Position numbers and translations under genes: made by a program. Shown here in pieces: positions 18,516 through 27,921 of a stretch of DNA of 64,000 nt (the first letter of the stretch is position 1; every line of letters begins with the position of its first letter). This DNA is from an uncultured Thermoleophilia bacterium. GTDB lineage: Bacteria > Actinomycetota > Thermoleophilia > Solirubrobacterales > 70-9. The stretch covers positions 25,423 to 89,422 of the forward strand of contig CAWIPO010000010.1 of assembly GCA_963838095.1 (NCBI GenBank), in the 5' to 3' direction. The notes under the pieces are model-generated. The model saw only the letters and a program-made list of their open reading frames with translations. It did not search any database and had not been told where the DNA came from.

Positions 18516-18536
18516 CCCTCGGTGCTGCCGTTCGTC
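18516..18536 (+). repeat. intergenic motif copy (forward orientation): CCCTCGGTGCTGCCGTTCGTC
   Basis: Right arm of the inverted pair. 17 of 21 positions are complementary to 18456-18476, and all 4 mismatches are transitions. Confidence 0.65.
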
Positions 18537-18554
18537 AGTCAGTTCCTTGTCGGG

Positions 18555-18899
18555 CTAGCTCTTCTTGCCCGCGATTGCGCTTGCGAGCTGGCGCTTGCTC
18601 ATCTTTGAGCGGCCGTCGATGCCGAGCTTCTTCGCCTCGTTGTAGAGCTGGTCTCGAGTGCGGCCGCGGGGGCCCGGCTTGCCCGAGCGCTGACCGCCGC
18701 GGCGGCCCGACGAGATGTCCTTGGTCGAGGTCCGGGAGCTCTGCCGCGACTCTCCGGAGCGCGCTCTCTCCTTGTTCACCGTCCGGGCTGCGACCTCCTC
18801 GGCCTTCGACTCCGAGGCGCCGCGCCGGCGCTGGCTCTTCTTCACGTGCTCGTACTGTCGGGCGCGCTTCGTGCCTTTCTTCACGCCTCGTGGGGGCAT
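18555..18899 (-). CDS. small basic protein with a C-terminal Rho_N/SAP-like helix-hairpin
   Basis: ORF 18555..18899, with RBS GGAGGTG. It is highly basic and ends in TRDQLYNEAKKLGIDGRSKMSKRQLASAI, which resembles a Rho termination factor N-terminal-like motif. Confidence 0.75.
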   Translation of the reverse strand: MPPRGVKKGTKRARQYEHVKKSQRRRGASESKAEEVAARTVNKERARSGESRQSSRTSTKDISSGRRGGQRSGKPGPRGRTRDQLYNEAKKLGIDGRSKMSKRQLASAIAGKKS

Positions 18900-18959
18900 C
18901 TGGCACCTCCATTCCTGGTCGTTTGCGCCTCAACATTTCGTTACCCACGGTCGCTGCCG

Positions 18960-19442
18960 CTAACCGGCGACGTTCAGCTCGATCGCCTCGATCTGGCGCT
19001 GGCCGTAGGAGCCCGTGTAGACGGGGCCGGCGGCGCTGATCTGCTGGCCGAATTCCGGCAGGGGATGGGGGCGAAGGTCGGCGGGAACGTCGATCACGGA
19101 GAGGCCCGTGGCGGTGATCCCCTCCTCGCTGGAGAGCACGAAATGGGCGTCGCCGTCGCCGTCGGGGTCGACTCGCTCTATATAGATGATCGTCCCGGAG
19201 GCGGTGGCGCAGTTCTCGAGCTCGGGCGGGCAGTGGGCGGGGGGCGGCTTCGGCCCAGAGGGCTCCGGGGGCGGGCTGCCCGTGGTGATCGTTTGCTCAC
19301 CCGAGGCTGTGGCAGTGGTTGTGGTGTTGGTGGCGGCGACGGAGCCCTGCTCGGGGTCTTCCTCACCGCAACCCGAAGCAATTGAAACCGCGATCGCGAC
19401 AACAGCGAGACCACCGACTTTGCGTCCAATGGGCCCTGGCAT
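18960..19442 (-). CDS. lipoprotein
   Basis: ORF 18960..19442, with lipobox SIASGC and a Thr-rich linker. Confidence 0.75.
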   Translation of the reverse strand: MPGPIGRKVGGLAVVAIAVSIASGCGEEDPEQGSVAATNTTTTATASGEQTITTGSPPPEPSGPKPPPAHCPPELENCATASGTIIYIERVDPDGDGDAHFVLSSEEGITATGLSVIDVPADLRPHPLPEFGQQISAAGPVYTGSYGQRQIEAIELNVAG

Positions 19443-19467
19443 CGCTCCCAGGATCTACGATCATGGA

Positions 19468-21919
19468 GTGAGTTTGCGGAGAGGGCGAGCTTTTGTGGGG
19501 TGTGTCTGTGCGTGCGCGGTCGTTGTTTCGACCGGCGCCGATCCCGCCGTGGCGCAGGACGAAGTGACCCGATACTCGCTCGCCGGCGGCTGCTACGCGC
19601 TTCGCTCCGCAGACAATGGGCTGCTCGTGGCCAAGGCCGGTGACGGCTACAGCGCGTCTGCGAACGCCACCGCCGGCGCCGAGCGCTTCCGGATGCAGGC
19701 GACGGACCTCGGCAGCTACCTGCTCTACGGGACCGGGAAGGACTTCCTCGCGCTCGACAGCCAGCAGATCGCTCCGGCCGATGAGCCCAGCAACTCCGCC
19801 GACTGGGTCGTGCAGCCGGCCGCGGGCGCCTTCACGCTGAAGCTGCAGGGAGGCGCGGGCGCGCTCGCGGTCGCCGACAACGGCACGCTCGTGCCGGCGA
19901 CCGGCGCCAGCTCGGAGGAATCGCAGCGGTTCAGCTTCGAGGCCGCGAACGGCTGCGCGCACTACCCGGAGGTGGAGGTGAACGCAGTCGGCAAGCCGTT
20001 CACCGGGGAGACCGGCTACAGCGAGGTCTCCGGGTTCCTCGACATGCACGTGCATCCGATGTTCTTCGAGGCGCTCGGTGGGGAGATCCACTGCGGCCAG
20101 CCCTGGCACCGCTACGGCGTCCCCTTCGCGCTTCCCGACTGCGCCGAAACCGAAGGCCCGGCGGGGGGCGCGACGTCCCCCGTGCAGAACTTCCTCAACT
20201 GGGGTACCCCCGTCCATTCGCACGACACCGTCGGGTGGCCGACCTTCAACGACTGGCCGAACTACCACTCCCTCACCTACGAGCAGATCTACTACAAGTG
20301 GATCGAGCGGGCGTGGCGAGGCGGCCTGCGGCTGATGACTCCGCTCTCGGTCGACAACGCCGTCCTGTGCGAGCTGTATCCGCGCAAGAAGCACAACTGC
20401 AACGAGATGGACGCCGTGCGCCGCCAGCTGCACGACTGGTACGAGCTCGAGGACTACATCGACGCTCAGGAGGGCGGCCCGGGCGAGGGCTGGCTGGAGA
20501 TCGTGACGACGCCGTTCGAGGCGCGGCGGGTGATCAACTCGGGCAAGCTCGCGATCGTGCAGGGGATCGAGACCTCGAAGCTCTTCGACTGCGGGATCCA
20601 GAACGGGACTCCCGGAGTGCGACGAGCAGGACATCGACCGCGGCCTCGACGAGGTCTACGGGCTCGGCGTCCGCCAGATGGAGCTGATCAACAAGTTCGA
20701 CACCGCGTTCGGCGGGGTCGCGGGTGACGGCGGCGTGATCGGCCCGGTGATCAACGCCGGGAACTTCTATGAGACGGGCAGCTTCCTGCGGATGGGAACC
20801 TGCGAGGGTGAGGCGCACGACAACTCCCAGGAGGCGGTGCGCACCGACATCGGCTACGGGCTCGTGGCGGTGCTTCCGCCGGGCTCGGTCCCGGTCTATC
20901 CCGAGGGGCCGCAGTGCAACATGTTCGGGTTCACCGAGCTTGGCGACCACCTGGTGCGGGGGATGGCGGACCGGGGGATGCTGATCGACCCCGACCACCT
21001 CAGCGTGCGCGCGCGCGACGCGGCGATGGACCTGATCGAGCGCCTGCGCTACCCGGGCGTGATCTCCTCGCATTCGTGGTCGGATGAGCTCACCTACCCG
21101 CGCGTCTACGACTCGGGCGGCATGCTGACGCCCTACGCGGGCTCCTCCACGGGGTTCGTCGATGCGTGGAAGCAGATGAAGCGGCTGCGAGAACGCCGCT
21201 TCTTCTTCGGCTTCGGCTACGGATCGGACATGAACGGGTTCGGCTCGCAGGGCGGGCCGCGGACCCCGACCGAGGACGCGCCAAGGGTTCGCTATCCGTA
21301 CCGGACCTTCGACGGCGGCACGCTGATGTATCGCCAGCAGAGCGGCGAGCAGACCTTCGACATCAACACCGACGGCGTCGCCCACTACGGCCTCTACCCC
21401 GACTGGATCGAGGACCTGCGCCTTCTCGGCGGGAACAAGATCGTCGAGGACATGGCGCGCGGAGCCGAGGGCTACCTGCAGACGTGGGAGCGAGCGATCG
21501 GGATCGCGCCCGAGCGCTGCCGGCGTGCTCGCGGCCGCTTCACCCCCCGCGGCGTCGGCCCGCTGCGGTTGCGGCTCAGCCCCGAGCGGCTGCTGCGCCG
21601 GGGCGGCCAGCCGTCCCAGCGGGTCGGGGACCGCTACGTCTATTGCGTGCGTGGCAAGGGGAAGGCGCGCGCAAAGCGAAAGAGCAAGGCCACGATCGTG
21701 GTCCGCTTCACCTCCGCCGAGAAGGTCGGGTCGGTGACGACGACCGCACGCGGCTACCGCGCCCTCGGGGTCAAGGTCGGCGCCCCGGTGTCGGCGCTGA
21801 AGGGCAAGGCGAAAAAGGTCGGGCCGAGGCGGTGGGTGAAGAAGACCGGCAGGGGAACCCGTTTCGTGTACGTCGTTCGCCGCGGCAAGGTCAGCAAGAT
21901 CGGCGTCGCAGCTCGCTAG
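19468..21919 (+). pseudogene. secreted multidomain protein: N-terminal beta-trefoil-like region, peptidase M19-like (membrane dipeptidase fold) core, basic C-terminal domain; one frameshift near 20614
   Basis: ORFs 19186..20727 and 20678..21919 join at CGIQNGTP/ECDEQDIDRGLDEVYGLGVRQMELINKFD, where an extra G sits in cccgGagtgc. The signal peptide is MSLRRGRAFVGCVCACAVVVSTGADPAVA from GTG 19468. M19-like motifs are present (FLDMHVHP, LIDPDHLS, VISSHSW). Confidence 0.65.
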
Positions 21920-21920
21920 C

Positions 21921-21938
21921 CGTCCACTGACGTTTTTT
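21921..21938 (+). terminator. weak hairpin CGTC-CACT-GACG followed by T6
   Basis: It starts 2 nt after the stop at 21919. A T6 run is rare in this GC-rich window, but the stem is only 4 bp. Confidence 0.35.
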
Positions 21939-21986
21939 GGACCCTATGGGCTACACAAAACGTCAATCCCTGTCGATGAGGCCCCA

Positions 21987-23211
21987 ATGGCCCGGAAGAC
22001 GACGAGGCTCCCTCTCGGTGCTGCCGTTGGTTTCGTCCTGCTTGTAGGCCTCGCCGTCGGCTGCGGTAACGATGACGACGGCGGTTCCGAGAATCTCCAG
22101 GTCGAAGCCGTCGCGCCTCCAACCGGCGACCCGGCGCTCGACCAGGGGAGCGGAACCCACGTTTACGACCGCGTTGCGGTCACCCCTCAGGGGCGGCCGG
22201 CCGCCGTCTACGCGCTGAAGATCAAGGACCTGAAGCCGGGCACCTGGGTGGGCGGGCGTTCGTCGCTGACGGTGACCAAGTGCGCGCACACCGACTACGA
22301 CCCGACGGCGCGTGCCGCCACCGGCTGCGTCGGAACCAAGCGCTACACGTACGACCCGGTGACCGTGACGACGCAGCTGAAGCTGGTCCCCGACAAGGGC
22401 GGGAAGCCCGACGTGACGGCGAGCGGGGTCGCGCTTCAGAGCCCGCAGACGATGCAGTGCACGACCGCGCTTCATCACTGCGTTCCCGCGAACGAGGCCG
22501 GCACCGAGCTGAGCTCGAGCGACGTCTCGGACTCGGGCACCGACATGTGGCTGATCCTCAGCGTCGAGGCCACCAGTTCGAAGGCCGCTCCCTGTGCCGC
22601 CAACGCGAAGCCGTCGCAGTGCAACGTGCTCGCAGTCGAGACCCAGAAGTACACGGCGATGTACGGAGCCAGCGGCCGACGGGGTTCCGAGCCCGGATCA
22701 GACGCTGACCGACTCCAGCGTCGGCGTGACGAAGCTGCCGACCGTTGACGACAACGACCCCCGCGGCGCCTCACGCCAGGTCGTCTACAGCGTCGAGCTG
22801 GCGAGCGAATCCGATGCCAAGGGGTTGCTCGGCGATGTGCTTCGCATCTCGGGGACGCTGGTGGTGAACGAGTCCGAGCAGCTCGCGCCGCTGGTCTCGA
22901 GCTATCTCGTCCTCGCGAAGAGCCCGACCGCCACTGATGGCCGCTTCCTTTCGAGCGACACATACGACCAGCAGCGCATGGGCGACACCGGTGAGAACTG
23001 CACCGGCAACTGCAGCTTCGAGAAACCCGCCGCGGCAACGGTGATCGCCAAGTGCGACGTCGACGCCGGGCGCCGCTACGTCAATCTCGTCGCCGACTCG
23101 GTCCGCGACGCCGCGAAGCCGGGAGAGAGCGTCGAGGTCGTCTCGAGCGGCGGCTCGCTGGAGGTGGAGGTCTTCGTCGGTGAGGGGCAGCCGCAGCGCG
23201 ACGACTGCTGA
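21987..23211 (+). pseudogene. lipoprotein of about 408 aa, one frameshift near 22665
   Basis: ORF 21987..22748 carries the lipobox LAVGC. It continues in ORF 22594..23211 at ...QKYTAMYG/EPAADGVPSPDQTLTDSS. Confidence 0.65.
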
Positions 23212-23241
23212 AGCCGTCGCGCCGCTGGCCGGCCGTCTTGC

Positions 23242-23487
23242 CTAACGCGAGACCTTCGCGGCGCCCGCCTTCACGCGGCTGGCCTCGGCCTGCGCGCGCT
23301 TGTGGGCGCTCTTGACCGCCTTCGTGGCGGTGCTGCGAACCGAGCCCGCCGCGGACCCGACGCGATCGCCGGTCGCCTTCACGGAGCTCTTCAGCTCCGA
23401 CTCGCTCTTGCGAGCGCTGTTCCGCTTGCGTGTCGCCGCCGCCTTCTTGGCGGCGGCCGAGCGCTGTGCCTTCGTCTGCTTAGCCAT
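23242..23487 (-). CDS. small Lys/Ala-rich basic protein (histone H1-like composition)
   Basis: ORF 23242..23487, with RBS GAGGAG: MAKQTKAQRSAAAKKAAATRKRNSARK... Confidence 0.7.
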   Translation of the reverse strand: MAKQTKAQRSAAAKKAAATRKRNSARKSESELKSSVKATGDRVGSAAGSVRSTATKAVKSAHKRAQAEASRVKAGAAKVSR

Positions 23488-23600
23488 GTTCAGCTCCTCG
23501 TATTCGGGAATGGGTGAGACACCGGCCTCACGCGAGCGCCGGCTTCAATCGCCGGCGTCAAGATGGCCGGCTTCACACTTCGTACCCGGCGTACAGCGAG

Positions 23601-24623
23601 CTAATCGAACGGGCTCGGCTCACGCGGGCGGCGATGGGTGCGGGGGGCGATCACCGTGCCCCAATCCGCGTCGTCGATCCGCCCCGGCTCGGTGGTGTCG
23701 AGCCAGTCAAGGAGGATCGCCGCCAGGCCTGCGGGGTCTTCGAGGTGGGGGAAGTGGGCGGCGCGGGGAAGGGTCTCGAAGCGGGCGCCCTCGATCGCCG
23801 CTTGCGCCTCGCGGCCGTGGTCGATCGGAATCGTGTTGTCGCGCTCGCCCCAGACGATCAGCGTCGGAAAGCCGTCGAGCAGATAGAGACGGTCGCGGGC
23901 GCTGACGCGCTGGCCGCGGATGTCGATCACCGATCGCAAGGTCCGCAGGAACGCCTCCCGGCCTCCCGCAGTCTCAAGCGGGCGCATCGCGCGGACGATC
24001 GCCTGCAGGTACACGGCCTTCGCCCAGCCGCGATCGCGCAGCCGCCGGCCGGCGCCCTCCAGGGCTTCGAGGAGGTGCGGATTGGCGGCGGCGCGCAGCA
24101 GCGCGTTGGCGCCGGGGAGCGCGGCGCCGCGAAGCAGCGGGCTCACCTCCTGCCCGAGTCCGCCGCTGGAGATCAGCGCCATTCGCTCGACCCGCTGGGG
24201 GAACTGGTAGAAGAACTGCATCGCGACGCCGCCGCCGAGCGAGTGGCCGACGATCGTCGCGCGCTCGATCCCGACGACGGAGAGCAGGTCGCGGATGCTG
24301 GCGGCGTGGGCGCCGAGCGAGTAGTCGCCGCGCGGGGTGGCCGAGTCGCCATGGCCGATCAGGTCGGGTGCGATCACGGTGTAGCGGTCGGCGAGTCGCA
24401 GGGCGACCTGCTCCCAGTGGCGGGAGGAGTTGACCATCCCGTGGATCAGGACCACCGGCGGGCCCGAGCCCGCGGCGCGATACACGCCCCGGTGGCCGTG
24501 CAGGTGGATGTCCCAGGCGTCGAAGATGGCGGCAGGCTGAGTCTCTGAGGGTGGCCGGGAGGGCGGCGTGCGTATTTCTCCCCGTTCAGGGAAACTACAG
24601 CCCATGTCCACCGGAGCCATCAT
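23601..24623 (-). CDS. alpha/beta hydrolase; start uncertain
   Basis: ORF 23601..24623, with PPVVLIHGMVNSS and the GHSLGG nucleophile elbow. The first ~18 codons have low third-position GC, so the real start is probably near 24570. Confidence 0.85.
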   Translation of the reverse strand: MMAPVDMGCSFPERGEIRTPPSRPPSETQPAAIFDAWDIHLHGHRGVYRAAGSGPPVVLIHGMVNSSRHWEQVALRLADRYTVIAPDLIGHGDSATPRGDYSLGAHAASIRDLLSVVGIERATIVGHSLGGGVAMQFFYQFPQRVERMALISSGGLGQEVSPLLRGAALPGANALLRAAANPHLLEALEGAGRRLRDRGWAKAVYLQAIVRAMRPLETAGGREAFLRTLRSVIDIRGQRVSARDRLYLLDGFPTLIVWGERDNTIPIDHGREAQAAIEGARFETLPRAAHFPHLEDPAGLAAILLDWLDTTEPGRIDDADWGTVIAPRTHRRPREPSPFD

Positions 24624-25053
24624 CGCGATCGTCGTGGGCGTCGTGATTCTGGTTGTGATCGTGGCGATGATCGCCAGCAGCCGAAGCCGCAGCAGCGGCG
24701 CCGCAGGTGCCGGTGGCGGCGGTGGCGGAGGGGGCGGCGGCCAGGGCGGCCGCGATCGTGGCGGGCGTGATCGGCAGGGCGCCGGCGGCGGCGGCGAAGG
24801 TCGACAACAGGGTGGGGGTCGAGATCAGGCCGGGAAGGATCAGGCGGGTAAGGGCGAGCGCGAGGTCGAATCGGCGGGTGAGCAGCGCCCGAGCGGGGAC
24901 GCGGCCGCGGAGGCCAAACAGCAGGCGCCGGGCGGGGGACAGGGCGAGGGGCGCGGAGGTCGGGGCGGCGGCGGACAGGGTGGCGGAGGCCAAGGGGGCG
25001 GCGGACAGGGCAGCGGCGGCGGTCGCGGCGGCGGCGGGCGACGCAACGCCTGA
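24604..25053 (+). CDS. single-TM protein with a Gly/Arg/Gln-rich low-complexity tail (uncertain)
   Basis: Within ORF 24568..25053, starting at ATG 24604. MSTGAIIAIVVGVVILVVIVAMIASS is followed by GGGGGGGGGGQGGRDRGG... It is in the same frame as the downstream cyclase ORF and is separated from it by a single TGA. Confidence 0.4.
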   Translation: MSTGAIIAIVVGVVILVVIVAMIASSRSRSSGAAGAGGGGGGGGGGQGGRDRGGRDRQGAGGGGEGRQQGGGRDQAGKDQAGKGEREVESAGEQRPSGDAAAEAKQQAPGGGQGEGRGGRGGGGQGGGGQGGGGQGSGGGRGGGGRRNA

Positions 25054-25056
25054 GAG

Positions 25057-25869
25057 TTGCCCGAGCCCGAAGTCTCCGAGCCCCCGGCCGAGTCCGGTGC
25101 GTGGAAGAAGTTCACTGACGGCATCCGGCGCCTGAACCGGAACCCGAAGTGGGTCGAGGCCGCGCGGAGGACCCGCGAGCGGCTGCCGGGCGACGACCGC
25201 GTTGGTGATCGGCTCTCCACCGCGCAGGGTCGTCCGACCGACCTCGCGGTTCGTCAGCTCGCCGAGCTGCGGGCGGAGCAGCCCGGGGTTGCGGGCGAGG
25301 TCGGGTTGACGGCGGTGCAGCTGTGGCAGGCGTTCGCCGAGTCCCAGGGCCGCGGCCGCGGGGAGGTGGACGTGGCGGTGCTGTTCACCGACCTGGTCGG
25401 GTTCTCCAACTGGGCGCTCGAGGCCGGCGACGACGCCGCGATCGAGCTGCTGCGCGCAGTCGGCGAGGCGATCGAGCCGCCGATCAGCGCCAACCGCGGC
25501 GAGGTCGTGAAGCGGCTCGGCGACGGGCTGATGGCGGCCTTCTACGACGCGCCGAGTGCGGTCACGGCGGCGTTGGATGCTCGTGAGCGGGCGGCGGCGA
25601 TCGAAGTTGACGGCCACCGGCCGCAGCTTCGGACCGGTATCCATGTCGGCCGGCCGCGAAAGGTCGGAGGCGACTACTTCGGGGTCGACGTCAACATCGC
25701 CGCCCGCCTCTGCGAGGCGGCGGGCGCGGACGAGATCCTCGTCTCCGACGACACGCTTCCCTCGCTCGAGGGGTCCGAGGTGAAGCTGAAGAAGCGCCGC
25801 TTCAGCGCCAAGGGGGCGCCGAAGGACCTCAGCGCGCACCGCGTCGAGCGAGCCGCCCCGCAGGGATAG
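25057..25869 (+). CDS. class III adenylate/guanylate cyclase
   Basis: ORF 25057..25869 (TTG start), with VLFTDLVGFS, RLGDGLMAAF, RTGIHVG and GVDVNIAARL. Confidence 0.85.
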   Translation: MPEPEVSEPPAESGAWKKFTDGIRRLNRNPKWVEAARRTRERLPGDDRVGDRLSTAQGRPTDLAVRQLAELRAEQPGVAGEVGLTAVQLWQAFAESQGRGRGEVDVAVLFTDLVGFSNWALEAGDDAAIELLRAVGEAIEPPISANRGEVVKRLGDGLMAAFYDAPSAVTAALDARERAAAIEVDGHRPQLRTGIHVGRPRKVGGDYFGVDVNIAARLCEAAGADEILVSDDTLPSLEGSEVKLKKRRFSAKGAPKDLSAHRVERAAPQG

Positions 25870-25883
25870 GCTGCGGCCCGGCG

Positions 25884-26900
25884 ATGCACCTCCGACTCGA
25901 GCCTGCCGACGAGTACACGCACCCGCTCGAAGACGACCCGCGCTTCAACGAGTCGATGTACTTCAACGTCTACGACCCCGCGGCGGGCGTCGGTGGCTTC
26001 TTCCGCGTTGGTAACCGGGCGAACGAGGGTTACGCGGAAATGACGGTCTGCCTGTACCTGCCCGGCGGAGAGGTCGGGTTCATGTTCGGGCGCCCGCAGA
26101 TCTCCTCCAACGAGGGCTTCCACGCCGGCGGGCTTCGCTTCGAGGTGATCGAGCCGTTCCAGGCGCTGCGCGTGAGCTACGAGGGCAAGCTGGCGCTGCT
26201 CGAGGACCCGCTGGCGATGCGCGACCCGAAGGCGGCGTTCATGGCCGCGGAGCAGGTGGACTGCTCGGTCTCGCTCGACTACCGCGGACTCTCGCCGATG
26301 TTGGGTGGGGAGGCGGTCGATGGCGGCGATGGAAGCTCGGGCGAGGCCGGGAGCCCGTTCGAGGGCAGCGAGATGCTTTCGATGTTCGCGCGCGGGCACT
26401 ACGAGCAGCACGTCGGCGCCCGCGGCCGCTTTGCCTGCGGCGATCGCGAGTGGGAGATCGACGGCTTCGGCCTCCGCGACCACTCGTGGGGGCCGCGGCT
26501 GTGGCAGGCGCCGCACTGGTACCGGTGGCTGACCTGCAACGCCGGCGCGGACGACGGCTTCATGGTCTCGATCATCGCCACTCGCGACGGCTCGGTCCGC
26601 CGTTCCGGCGTCGTCTTCGAGGGCGGGGCGTACACGCCGATCACGGACGCAGAGCTCGAGACCTCATGGAGCGGCGAGGACGCCCATCAGCAGACGCTCC
26701 GCTGCCTCGCGAGGACGGCCGAGCGCGAGATCGAGATCAGCGGCGAGGTGATGTCGCTGATCCCGCTGCGAAACCGCCGCGAGGGTCAGGTGACCAGAAT
26801 CGGGGAGGGCCTGACGAGGTACTCATGGGAGGGGAAGACCGGCTACGGGCTCTCGGAGTACCTCGACCAGATCGAGGACGGTCGCCCGGCGGGGGTGTAG
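25884..26900 (+). CDS. conserved hypothetical protein (possibly AttH/CrtC-like beta-barrel family; function unknown)
   Basis: ORF 25884..26900. The 338-aa frame is intact and protein-like (FNESMYFNVYDP...GFGLRDHSWGPR...). The family assignment is tentative. Confidence 0.7.
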   Translation: MHLRLEPADEYTHPLEDDPRFNESMYFNVYDPAAGVGGFFRVGNRANEGYAEMTVCLYLPGGEVGFMFGRPQISSNEGFHAGGLRFEVIEPFQALRVSYEGKLALLEDPLAMRDPKAAFMAAEQVDCSVSLDYRGLSPMLGGEAVDGGDGSSGEAGSPFEGSEMLSMFARGHYEQHVGARGRFACGDREWEIDGFGLRDHSWGPRLWQAPHWYRWLTCNAGADDGFMVSIIATRDGSVRRSGVVFEGGAYTPITDAELETSWSGEDAHQQTLRCLARTAEREIEISGEVMSLIPLRNRREGQVTRIGEGLTRYSWEGKTGYGLSEYLDQIEDGRPAGV

Positions 26901-26945
26901 GTAGGCTTTCGCTTCGCTGTCCCAGACGACCAAGGAGAGGTGGGA

Positions 26946-27299
26946 ATGAAGCGGAAGGTATTTGTTGTGGCGGGCGCTGCCGCGACGATCGCGGTGCTGG
27001 GGGTGCTGCCCTCGGGTGTGTCGGCGGCCTCGGACTACAAGGAGTGCGACCCGGTCGCCGGCGAGACCGACGGCGTCGAGTGGGGCGGGACCGTCGAGGC
27101 GAAGAACATCAAATGCGGCAACGCCGAGCGCGTGGTCAAGGACTGCATCAAGAAAGGGGAGCTGAAGCAGACCTGGACCGTCGCCATCAACGACAAGGGC
27201 GTGCTCAAGTTCCGCAAGAGCGACAAGCGCATCAAGTCACAGCTCGCGGGCGGCGAGCCTCCCGGACTGAAGTCCTGCTTCGCGCCGCCTCCCGAATAG
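26946..27299 (+). CDS. small secreted protein with 4 Cys
   Basis: Within ORF 26940..27299. ATG 26946 follows AAGGAGAG. The signal peptide is MKRKVFVVAGAAATIAVLGVLPSGVSA. Confidence 0.7.
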   Translation: MKRKVFVVAGAAATIAVLGVLPSGVSAASDYKECDPVAGETDGVEWGGTVEAKNIKCGNAERVVKDCIKKGELKQTWTVAINDKGVLKFRKSDKRIKSQLAGGEPPGLKSCFAPPPE

Positions 27300-27305
27300 C
27301 TCAAA

Positions 27306-27322
27306 ATACCCCCTAGGGGTAT
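27306..27322. promoter_or_regulatory. CsoR-type operator: perfect inverted repeat ATACCCC-CTA-GGGGTAT
   Basis: Read directly. It overlaps the first possible start of the DUF4396 gene and lies 600 nt upstream of csoR in the same operon. GC-rich ATACCC/GGGTAT-type palindromes are the known CsoR operator type. Confidence 0.6.
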
Positions 27323-27920
27323 GGTAGGATCGCTGGCGATGGAAGCCCACGCCGGCGCACACGACCACGCGCATCACGAGATGCCTGCCGAGGGAGGCGC
27401 GCTCACCGCGGTTGCGGTCAGCGCGACGCTGCACTGCCTCACCGGCTGCGCAATCGGCGAGGTGACGGGGATGATGATCGGGACCGCGGTCGGGCTCTCA
27501 AACGGGGCCACCGTCGCGCTCGCGGTCGCGCTCGCGTTCCTGTTCGGCTACACGCTCACCAGCATTCCCCTTCTCCGGTCGGGATTGGCGCTTGCTGCCG
27601 TGATCCCGATCGCTCTCGCCTCCGACACCTTCAGCATCGCGACGATGGAGGTCGTCGACAACGTGATCATGCTCGCGATCCCCGGGGCGATGGAGGGCGG
27701 CATCGACTCCCTCCTCTTCTGGGGCAGCCTGGCGACGGCGCTGGCGATCGCTTTCGTCGCTGCGGTTCCGGTCAACCGCTGGCTGATCGCGCGCGGGAAG
27801 GGCCACTGCGCCGTCCACGAAACGGGGATCCACGGCGGGCCGCCGGTGCGAGTGGTCGCTGCCGCCACCGTCCTCATGGGCGTCTTCGGCGCCGCCGTGC
27901 TGGTCGCGGAGGTGATCTGA
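27321..27920 (+). CDS. DUF4396 membrane protein (copper-associated); alternative start at 27339
   Basis: ORF 27321..27920. It has a His-rich N-terminus ([11 protein letters not shown]), [11 protein letters not shown] and 4-5 TM helices. Confidence 0.8.
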   Translation: MVGSLAMEAHAGAHDHAHHEMPAEGGALTAVAVSATLHCLTGCAIGEVTGMMIGTAVGLSNGATVALAVALAFLFGYTLTSIPLLRSGLALAAVIPIALASDTFSIATMEVVDNVIMLAIPGAMEGGIDSLLFWGSLATALAIAFVAAVPVNRWLIARGKGHCAVHETGIHGGPPVRVVAAATVLMGVFGAAVLVAEVI

Positions 27921-27921
27921 G

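Noticed and set aside
24603-24606. CATG that could serve as overlapping divergent start codons for the hydrolase (minus) and the TM/Gly-rich ORF (plus)
   Set aside because: Third-position GC of the first ~18 hydrolase codons is low, so the hydrolase most likely starts further downstream near 24570. The overlap is probably not real.
24690-25045. GGC/GGT-rich repetitive DNA, considered as a tandem repeat or CRISPR-like array
   Set aside because: There is no regular repeat-spacer periodicity. It reads as a Gly/Arg/Gln low-complexity coding segment.
25051-25053. In-frame TGA as a selenocysteine codon
   Set aside because: I see no SECIS-like hairpin immediately downstream. The context is a low-complexity linker and not a redox motif. 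It is kept only as a possible nonsense change or a coincidence.
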